Sequence record: SRR20825019_117
Reading direction: 5' to 3' (one strand)
Length of the DNA stretch: 20,000 nucleotides
The notes under the pieces are model-generated. The model was not told the DNA's origin, searched no databases, and saw only the letters and a program-made list of their open reading frames with translations. The translations under genes and the position numbers were made by a program. Numbering within the stretch: the first letter of the stretch is position 1; the number at the start of each line of letters is the position of its first letter. Positions 1-7,374 of this stretch are shown here, piece by piece.

Positions 1-186
1 GACAATGCCCTGGGCGTTTCCGCTTGCCTTGACCACGTCCAGATAACCCGTTGGGGTTTCCCCTACCAGCCCTTGCTGTTTGGCGGTATCCAGCTGGTTT
101 TTGGCCTCTTGCAGCCCCATTGCCGCGGCCGGTAGTGCCAGGCAAAGCACGAGGAAAAACGCACCGAGTTTGGAAAACCGTTTCAT
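1..186 (-). CDS. ydbL: YdbL family (DUF1318) exported protein; runs off the window start
   Basis: Manual translation from ATG at 186: MKRFSKLGAFFLVLCLALPAAAMGLQEAKNQLDTAKQQGLVGETPTGYLDVV. Signal peptide plus the AKxxGLVGExxxGYL motif; GGAG RBS upstream; follows ydbH-ynbE. Confidence 0.88.
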   Translation of the reverse strand, partial: MKRFSKLGAFFLVLCLALPAAAMGLQEAKNQLDTAKQQGLVGETPTGYLDVVKASGNAQGIV

Positions 187-215
187 GAGTGACTCCCTGG
201 ATTCAGAATTGACCA

Positions 216-428
216 TCAGAACAACCCCTTCTCGCCGAAGAGTTCATCCACCTCTTCATCCACCTTCACGTAGATTTCATGCTGGATCTTGACGTTCAGG
301 TTCACGGTGATGGGCTCCTTGGGCGCCTCCATCCTGACCGTAGGCGTGCAGGCCGCCATACCCAGGGCCAGCAGCACCAGCGTGTAACCACCTTTTCCGG
401 ACAAACCGCCCGGCCCAAATGCGACCAT
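216..428 (-). CDS. ynbE: YnbE family lipoprotein
   Basis: Lipobox MAAC followed by TPTVRMEAPKEPITVNLNVKIQHEIYVKVD, typical of YnbE; lies between ydbH and ydbL. Start codon uncertain. Confidence 0.88.
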   Translation of the reverse strand: MVAFGPGGLSGKGGYTLVLLALGMAACTPTVRMEAPKEPITVNLNVKIQHEIYVKVDEEVDELFGEKGLF

Positions 429-433
429 ATACC

Positions 434-2245
434 TTACTCCTGATTGTTTCCCGCCCCGGTGGATTGACGTTGCGCGTCCCGCTCCCGTATCAGGTTGCGC
501 ACTTTTTCTGTCACGGCTTCATTGACCCGGCCACTCAGTTGCAGGCTGGTCAGCAACGCTGGAATGTCCTCTTCCAGATTGATATTCAGGACAATGGGAT
601 GACCATCTCGGACTTCGGGGCTGCTGCCTTCCAACCGCAATCCCAGCATAAGGGTACCATCCTGAGCGTAGTCTATCGTGCTGTTGAGAACCGAGTAGTG
701 AAAGTTTTCCATGGCCTGGACCACCAGTGCCATCGCCTGGTTACCCTGGGCCATCCCCTTCAATCGATCGGCTGGCAGTTTCAGCGTGCCGCCAGGGGCC
801 ACCGCCTGGACCTGCCCGGCATCAATGCTCACACCCTCCGGACCAACCCGGACCGGAATGGCGCCCTGAAGCAAACCACTGCCCGCCAACCCCTCGGCGG
901 GGTATACCTGCATCAGTTTCGCCAGCTCAATGCCGCTGAGTTCAAGGGGAATCCGCAGCGGCATGTCGGCAAGTTGCCATTCTCCGGGTGTGACCCGAAC
1001 CTCGCCACCCAGAAGCTCGGAAGAGGCCTGGTCCAGAACCAGGGTACCGTTGGCGATCTGATCCCGGGGTGAGCGATAGAGGCCGGCGACCCGCACATCG
1101 CGCAAGGCGATGCCCGGATTGAGGGCATCCAATACCAGGTCGGAGGTCCGGACATTTACGTGGTCATTGTCCAGGTTCAGATTCACCCTGCCGTCGAGAC
1201 CGGTCCAGGCCGTCCGGTCGTACAATCCATCAAGGTTATCGAAAACAAGATCTCCCTGAACGCGGATGCCCTGGGATGGGAAGCGCGCACTCAGGGCCGT
1301 CTCGACGCGGCCGTCACTCACCTCGAGCGCCGCTGGCCACGCGGTGAACGTATCCGCCAGCGCGCGACCGCCACTTGCTCCGACAGCGTTCATGCTCACC
1401 TCAAGCGCCGGTATCCCTTCGAACGGATAGTTCATGTCCATGTCAGCATCGACGCCGGCGTCCGACGAAAGCCTGCCGTCGATCTTCAATTCGCTGAGGG
1501 TGCCGTCCAGCTGCCCATCGAATCGCCAGGGCTGGGGAAGCAACTGGGGGTGGTGAATGGTGGCGACGGTCGCCTCAAACGGCCCCTCGACCGCAAGACG
1601 CTCCAATTCCATGGGGGTCAACTGATATTCCCCGACCAGAGTCACACCGGCCAGGTTGACCCACAGGCCATCCAACCGGGAATCCTTGCCGGGCGCGGCA
1701 ATATCGTCGAACTCGACGCGGCTTTGTTCGCCGAGGGTCAGTGTTGCAGCCTGCTCGCTGGCTGTACCGCTGACCGTCAGGTTTATCCGGCCTTCCCCCA
1801 TGGTCCAGCCAGCGAGGGCCCGCTCAGCCAAGCGACCTTCGATCTTCATGGCGCGAGTGATGAGTTGCCGTTCACCGGGTTCCAGGGGCCTTGAGATTGT
1901 CAGATCGCCCTCGGCATGGACACCTTGCGGCAGACTCAGTGCCAGTTGTTCGATCACAATGGCCTCGGGCATGGGACCATACCAGTGCCAGCGCCAGGCC
2001 AGCGACAGTTGTTTCCCCACCAGGTGATAGCGCTGCCCTTCCCGGCTCTGGGTCGCAGACAAACGGTCTAGCCGCAGGCCCGCCAGCGAGACGTCACCCC
2101 ATCGCCATTCAACGTTGCTGATGCCATTGGCCTTCCGCCAGGTCTCCCACGCCACAAGGGCGTACAGGCCTCCCGCCATCGACAACATGACAATCAGGCT
2201 CAGAAGCAGTAGCAGGCATCGGCGTAGTGTCATGAAAGCAGTCAT
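434..2245 (-). CDS. ydbH: YdbH family (AsmA-like) intermembrane lipid-transport protein
   Basis: N-terminal TM anchor, beta-rich body, C-terminal ENFHYSVL...LRLEG...PIVLNINLEEDIPALLTSL; ydbH-ynbE-ydbL synteny. Start is ATG 2245 or 2233. Confidence 0.85.
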   Translation of the reverse strand: MTAFMTLRRCLLLLLSLIVMLSMAGGLYALVAWETWRKANGISNVEWRWGDVSLAGLRLDRLSATQSREGQRYHLVGKQLSLAWRWHWYGPMPEAIVIEQLALSLPQGVHAEGDLTISRPLEPGERQLITRAMKIEGRLAERALAGWTMGEGRINLTVSGTASEQAATLTLGEQSRVEFDDIAAPGKDSRLDGLWVNLAGVTLVGEYQLTPMELERLAVEGPFEATVATIHHPQLLPQPWRFDGQLDGTLSELKIDGRLSSDAGVDADMDMNYPFEGIPALEVSMNAVGASGGRALADTFTAWPAALEVSDGRVETALSARFPSQGIRVQGDLVFDNLDGLYDRTAWTGLDGRVNLNLDNDHVNVRTSDLVLDALNPGIALRDVRVAGLYRSPRDQIANGTLVLDQASSELLGGEVRVTPGEWQLADMPLRIPLELSGIELAKLMQVYPAEGLAGSGLLQGAIPVRVGPEGVSIDAGQVQAVAPGGTLKLPADRLKGMAQGNQAMALVVQAMENFHYSVLNSTIDYAQDGTLMLGLRLEGSSPEVRDGHPIVLNINLEEDIPALLTSLQLSGRVNEAVTEKVRNLIRERDAQRQSTGAGNNQE

Positions 2246-2252
2246 CAATGGG

Positions 2253-3821
2253 TCAGTGTCCGCGCCAGTTCACCGTGTACAGATCGTGGCGGCGATCCTT
2301 GAGGTTCTTCACGGTACCGCTGTTGCGGGCGGTAAGCAGTGTTTCCGGCCGTAGATCGGCAAAGGCGACGGTCTCCACATTCGGCGTGGTATCCGCGGCG
2401 ATGCCATCACGGGCGAACGGAAAATCACAGGGTGTCAGGATGCAACTCTGGCCGTACTGCAACTCCATGTTGGGCACTTTGGGCAGGTTGCCGACATTGC
2501 CGGACATGACCACGAACAGCTGGTTTTCCACCGCACGGGCCTGACAACAGTACCGTACCCTCAGATAACTCTGGCGCTCATCGGTACAGAAAGGCACGAA
2601 CAGGATCTGGATGCCCTGGTCCACCAGATGACGCGTCAGCTCGGGAAACTCCGCGTCGTAGCAAACCAGGACCCCAATGGGGCCGCAATCGGTTTCAATG
2701 GCAGTGACACGGCTGCCACCGGTGATATTCCACCAATAGGCTTCGTTCGGCGTGGGGTGAATCTTGGGCTGCGAGAACACTTGCCCGTCTCTCAGGAACA
2801 CGTAGGCAACATTGCGAACCCGGCCGTCCTCTTCCTTGACCGGCGTGGAGCCACCGATAATGTTGATGTTGTGCCTCAGGGCCAGATCGCGCATCAGGTT
2901 GCGGAAGGGTTCGGCGTATTCCGTCACCGCTTCGATGGCTTCCGCCGGGGTCCCTTCACGGCTTTCAATGGACAGCAATTGCAGCGTGAACAACTCCGGG
3001 AACACCACGAAATCACCTTTGTAGGTGGACACCACATCCACAAAGTACCGGACGATGTCGCTGAATTCTTCAAACGATGCCACCCGGCGCTGCTGGTACT
3101 GGACCGTGCCGATCCGAACGGTGTCGGGCATTCGCCGGCCGTATCGCTTGCGCTTGCCGTTGTCGCCGTTGCGGGCCACCTTGGGATTCCTCCAGGTCAG
3201 GTGAATACCGTAACCCAGGGAAGCGTGGTCAGCATCCAGGTAGTGCGGAATAATGCCGTGGATTTCAAAACCGTTGTGTAATTGGAACGACAGTACTGGG
3301 TCCCGCTGCTTTTTCGATTTCACCGCCTCCACGTACTCTTCCACCGATTCAAACTTCTTCAGGCGCTTGGCCAGCGTCGGTAACCTGCCCGCGAACACAA
3401 CGCCCTGCAACTCCAGCGCCTGGCAGAGCGTTTTTCGTTCGTTGTACAGGCGCTCACCAATGCGGTAGCCACGGCAGTCGGGGTCTACACAAACCTCCAT
3501 GCCGTACAGCCACTCCCCTTCCGGGTCGTGGCGCGAGGCATAACCATTACCAGTAATTTCTGTCCAGTCATGGGGCGCCAATGCAACGTCTTCACCAATA
3601 CGAAACGTGGCGCAATACCCCACCACACGGTCACCCAGCATGGCGACAAACTGGCCCTCAGGAAAGGTGTTGATCTGCCCTGTCAGGGGGCCAGCTGTGT
3701 AGCCATACATCCCTGTGCCCGCGTACACTCGGCGGCTCAGGGCGATGATTCCCGGTATATCACCAAGGGTGGCGTTTCTTACGTACAGGCGCTGTGTCTT
3801 GTCTGAAAAGGGAGGACTCAT
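2253..3821 (-). CDS. GNAT acetyltransferase / carbon-nitrogen hydrolase (nitrilase superfamily) fusion protein
   Basis: N-terminal GNAT (EVCVDPDCRGYRIGERLY) and C-terminal CN-hydrolase with Glu-Lys-Cys triad (VFPE, QPKIH, VCYDAEFPE). ATG 3821 has a GAGGT RBS, so it is preferred over the ORF-track start at 3911. Confidence 0.88.
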   Translation of the reverse strand: MSPPFSDKTQRLYVRNATLGDIPGIIALSRRVYAGTGMYGYTAGPLTGQINTFPEGQFVAMLGDRVVGYCATFRIGEDVALAPHDWTEITGNGYASRHDPEGEWLYGMEVCVDPDCRGYRIGERLYNERKTLCQALELQGVVFAGRLPTLAKRLKKFESVEEYVEAVKSKKQRDPVLSFQLHNGFEIHGIIPHYLDADHASLGYGIHLTWRNPKVARNGDNGKRKRYGRRMPDTVRIGTVQYQQRRVASFEEFSDIVRYFVDVVSTYKGDFVVFPELFTLQLLSIESREGTPAEAIEAVTEYAEPFRNLMRDLALRHNINIIGGSTPVKEEDGRVRNVAYVFLRDGQVFSQPKIHPTPNEAYWWNITGGSRVTAIETDCGPIGVLVCYDAEFPELTRHLVDQGIQILFVPFCTDERQSYLRVRYCCQARAVENQLFVVMSGNVGNLPKVPNMELQYGQSCILTPCDFPFARDGIAADTTPNVETVAFADLRPETLLTARNSGTVKNLKDRRHDLYTVNWRGH

Positions 3822-3980
3822 GGAAACCTCGGAAGCTGGAAGCCTAAAGGCATAGTTCGCGAAATGTCCTCGAGCCGTCAAGTGGCCTCTGCAGAAAACA
3901 AATCGAAGCAAACTTTAACCTGACAAACCGGCGCCAGGCCTTTTAGAGTAGGCCCATGTAAAACGATTAGAGGCTTTCCC

Positions 3981-4484
3981 ATGAATCGGCGCCCAGTGCT
4001 TCCGATGCTCGCAATCCTGATGGCCGTCGGCCTCGCAGGCTGCGCCAGTAACCAGAACCTGCCTCCAACGAATGGCACCACCTGGCAGCCCCCTCACAAC
4101 GCCACACCCGAGGATGCTGCGACAGCAGATCGGTTATGGCAGGTATTCGAGCGTTACGAAGGCACGCCCTATCGCTACGGCGGCACCTCAGCCAATGGCT
4201 TCGATTGCTCTGGCTTCATCGCCACTGCCTTCGATGAAGCCCTCGGCCGTCAGTTACCCCGTACAACCTCACAGATGCTGGCATCCGGTGACGTGGTCGG
4301 GCGTGACCAACTGCGTGCTGGCGACCTGGTGTTTTTCCGTATCAAAGGCAAGGACCAGCATGCTGGCATCTACATGGGTGGTGACAGCTTCATTCATTCC
4401 TCGACCTCCATCGGCGTTACCCGCTCGTCCCTCAACGGATACTACTGGCGGGATCGTTTCAGCCAGGCTAGACGGTTTGACTAG
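3981..4484 (+). CDS. NlpC/P60 (C40) peptidoglycan endopeptidase lipoprotein
   Basis: Lipobox LAGC; PYRYGG, GFDCSGF, GDLVFF, HAGIY, FIHSS motifs. Confidence 0.93.
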   Translation: MNRRPVLPMLAILMAVGLAGCASNQNLPPTNGTTWQPPHNATPEDAATADRLWQVFERYEGTPYRYGGTSANGFDCSGFIATAFDEALGRQLPRTTSQMLASGDVVGRDQLRAGDLVFFRIKGKDQHAGIYMGGDSFIHSSTSIGVTRSSLNGYYWRDRFSQARRFD

Positions 4485-5518
4485 CCAGCCAGTAACAACA
4501 CTACGCCCAGCAGATAGAGAACCATGATAACCACGCTTTCTGTACCAATCTGACCGATACCGTGACGCTCACGGCGGATTAATCCCATCATCAGCACGCC
4601 GGACATCAATAGGGTGAGCGCCGCCCAGAATACCGAATCCTCCGGCATGGCATGGTAGATCGACCCGTCCCGGTAGGCGATATCGGAGGCTGCAGTAAAC
4701 AACGTGTCGAACGCGTTGCCGCCAATAATACCGCTTACAGCCAAGGTCAGAGCGCCTCGGCGAACTGCGGCTATGGACGTCACCAACTCGGGGATTGAGG
4801 TACTGATCGCCGTCAACATCACGCCAACAATGGTCTGGCTCAGGTTAGCCCTGTCTGCAATCACCGTTGCCGCCGGCTCCAGCATCCAGCCTGCAATTCC
4901 GAGCACCAGCATCAGCGCCAGAAATTCAATCCAAAGCCGCAGCAGCGGCGGCATGGCTGTAACGTCGTCAGGCTCGTCTTGCCGCGTGTCCCTGGTTATT
5001 GAAGGCCGCCACATGGGCGATTCCGATGCGTCCCGCACCAGGTATATTCCGTAGATGTAGGCGCCCAGAAGAACCGGCGTGACCGGATGAACGCCGAAGA
5101 ACGTCACGTCCGGCAGGTGGGGCGCGAACAGGATCAACGCCAGAAGGCAAATCAGCAAGCCGTTCTGCATCATGTTCGGCACAGACGCAGCCGCATGCTC
5201 AAGATTGGCGCGACGATAAACCATATCCGCCACCGCAAGGAAAAACGTCTGGACAGCAATGCCACCCAAAGCGTTGCTCACGGCCAGTTCCGCGTTGCCG
5301 TGCCACGCTGCAGTCACCGACAGCACCGACCCACCCAGGGATGTCGACGCCCCCAGAAGCACCGCGCCCGCAGCGGCCTCTCCTATTCCAGTGCGGTCAG
5401 CGAGTTGGTCCACAACCCGTGTGATACGCGTGCCGGCCAGCGCGATAATGGCGGCACACACGAAAAACACGAGACTACCCTGAAGAAGGGTCCAGCTTCC
5501 GGGAGACGATAGCTCCAC
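4481..5518 (-). CDS. Sodium/calcium (CaCA, YrbG-like) antiporter
   Basis: About 10 TM segments with two alpha-repeat-like motifs (GASTSLGG..., STSIPELVTS...GGNAFD). GTG 5518 with AAGGAG RBS; the ORF-track extension to 5704 overlaps the upstream gene. Confidence 0.82.
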   Translation of the reverse strand: MELSSPGSWTLLQGSLVFFVCAAIIALAGTRITRVVDQLADRTGIGEAAAGAVLLGASTSLGGSVLSVTAAWHGNAELAVSNALGGIAVQTFFLAVADMVYRRANLEHAAASVPNMMQNGLLICLLALILFAPHLPDVTFFGVHPVTPVLLGAYIYGIYLVRDASESPMWRPSITRDTRQDEPDDVTAMPPLLRLWIEFLALMLVLGIAGWMLEPAATVIADRANLSQTIVGVMLTAISTSIPELVTSIAAVRRGALTLAVSGIIGGNAFDTLFTAASDIAYRDGSIYHAMPEDSVFWAALTLLMSGVLMMGLIRRERHGIGQIGTESVVIMVLYLLGVVLLLAG

Positions 5519-5552
5519 GTTAAAAATCTCCTTGGAAAAGAGAGAATGGCAC

Positions 5553-5948
5553 CTATCTGCGCGAGCGAGGCGGAAACCACCACCAGGTAGCGACGACCAC
5601 AAGCCCGAATACCGTATAGGCGGCAATGAATACCCAGGCAGGCGCATCGTAATAGAGAATCTGCTGCAGCCAATGCTCGATAAAGCTGCCGGTATAGCCA
5701 TCAATACCGGCCTTTGACCGCAGCCATATTTCCAGTGTGGTCAACGGGCAGACAATGCCAAGCCAGGCCTCTGCAACCACGATGGCAATCGCACCCAGGT
5801 GAGCCAGCCGGAACCACAAATTGTTCACCCAGCGCCAACCCAGGCCGTTGCCCGCCAGCACCAGAACCAACCCGAACAGAACGAAGGCCACCACCAGCAG
5901 ATGAATGGTCAGGACGGTATCGGCGAGAATCTGATAAACGTTGCCCAT
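5553..5948 (-). CDS. DUF2784 family membrane protein
   Basis: LAD...HLLVVAFVLFG...FRLAHL...CPLTTLEIWLR...SFIEHWLQQILYY pattern. Confidence 0.82.
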   Translation of the reverse strand: MGNVYQILADTVLTIHLLVVAFVLFGLVLVLAGNGLGWRWVNNLWFRLAHLGAIAIVVAEAWLGIVCPLTTLEIWLRSKAGIDGYTGSFIEHWLQQILYYDAPAWVFIAAYTVFGLVVVATWWWFPPRSRR

Positions 5949-6124
5949 GACGACTGTCTACTCTATCAAATTGCCAGGTCCCCATGATCCCGCCAGACAA
6001 CATCGGTTGGCAAACGTGGACTCGCGCACGGAATGCACGATAATATCTGTAGCAAATATCTACAATCTTCTGTGGTTATGTCGGCGCCCCAAGCGCGCCC
6101 GCGATAAACGGAATTACAAACGCT

Positions 6125-7243
6125 ATGGACCCAGCACCCGGAAATCATCTCCAAGCCGTCAAAATAGAACTTAACCGCCTTGAGACCTACCGGCGGCGCA
6201 CCTATCTTGGCGTTCTGGCCTTGACCGTGGCTATCATGATGCTCAGTTGGGCCTTCCGGGAACAGGGCGACCCGTTCATTACCATCGCCTACCCTGTTTT
6301 TTCTGTCATTCTCACCATTCTTGGCTTCGCATTCTGGCGCCGATCCTTGCAGCTCAGAACCATGGAAATCACCCTCGTTGCCGTGGTCGGTACGATGATA
6401 CTCAGCCGCCTCGCATGGCATTTTGCGGTTGGCGACCCGCTCGGCGAACACCTTCTTTTGCTCACGGGCGGGCACTACTGGGCAGTGGGTATCATGATCG
6501 TTGGCGGTTTTATTGCGCTTGGTTTTCGGGGCGGCATGGTGACAGGTGTCGCGACCTTGCTGTTTTCGGGCGCGCTGACCACTCAGGAAGTCTCTCAATG
6601 CTTCCTGGCAGCAGGCGATCACTGTCAAAACTGGGTATACCTGCTGCGCATCCATCTGTTCCTCACCGTTCTGTTGGTGCTTACCAGCGCCGGAACGCTG
6701 CTGCGTGAACGCTCCTGGAGTGCCTTTGCGCGAGCCGAGACCCTGCACCATTGGGCGAACACAGATCCGCTATGCGGCCTGGCAAACCGCCGGGGTGCTG
6801 ACCGTTTCCTGTCTGCCGAAGCCGCCCAGGCAGACCGATACCAGCGCCCTCTGACCATCATTCTGATTGATATTGACGAATTCAAGAGCATCAACGATGA
6901 CTACGGCCACGAAGTTGGTGATGCGGTGATTCGCGAATTTGCCGCTATCCTTTCCAAAACCGTTCGTGAAGTGGACCTCGCCGCTCGCTGGGGCGGAGAC
7001 GAATTCCTCGTCGCCACACCGGGCGTGGACCTTCGCAGCGCCCGCCACGCCGCACAACGCTGCCGCCGCGCCATTGAAAGGGCACCCATCGCGGGTGTCT
7101 CCGTGACTGCCACCGTCGGTATTGCCGAGTACCTGCCTGGACAGGGCATCGAGGATGCCATCAGCCGGGCCGACGCCATGCTATACCGCGCCAAGGCCGC
7201 TGGCCGAAACCGGGTGATTACGGAGGCCTGCGAACTGGCCTGA
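6125..7243 (+). CDS. Membrane-anchored diguanylate cyclase (GGDEF)
   Basis: About 6 N-terminal TM helices; DPLCGLANRR, DIDEFKSINDDYGHEVGD, RxxD I-site (REVD), intact RWGGDEF, ADAMLYRAKAAGRNRV. Confidence 0.93.
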   Translation: MDPAPGNHLQAVKIELNRLETYRRRTYLGVLALTVAIMMLSWAFREQGDPFITIAYPVFSVILTILGFAFWRRSLQLRTMEITLVAVVGTMILSRLAWHFAVGDPLGEHLLLLTGGHYWAVGIMIVGGFIALGFRGGMVTGVATLLFSGALTTQEVSQCFLAAGDHCQNWVYLLRIHLFLTVLLVLTSAGTLLRERSWSAFARAETLHHWANTDPLCGLANRRGADRFLSAEAAQADRYQRPLTIILIDIDEFKSINDDYGHEVGDAVIREFAAILSKTVREVDLAARWGGDEFLVATPGVDLRSARHAAQRCRRAIERAPIAGVSVTATVGIAEYLPGQGIEDAISRADAMLYRAKAAGRNRVITEACELA

Positions 7244-7261
7244 ACGCTACGCGAGCATCCC

Positions 7262-7325
7262 TGCCGTTTTTGGACGACTTGGTGTCGTATTGGATTTACC
7301 ATCCTTGACCGATCCGGGCCACATT
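7262..7325 (+). promoter_or_regulatory. Putative activator-dependent promoter (tandem TGnCGT boxes plus -10 CACATT) of the flavoprotein gene
   Basis: TGCCGTTTTTGG (7262-7273)-N9-TGTCGTATTGG (7283-7293)-N26-CACATT (7320-7325); near-identical layout at 16966-16903 on the minus strand. Confidence 0.7.
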
Positions 7326-7374
7326 GAATCAAGGCCGCGCACGCGGCTGCCATTGTGGGTATAGGGGGATCGAG

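Noticed and set aside
419-1894. Plus-strand ORFs of 217 and 244 aa
   Set aside because: Antisense shadows of ydbH.
5966-6751. 261-aa minus-strand ORF
   Set aside because: Antisense to the membrane domain of the GGDEF gene; no motif support.
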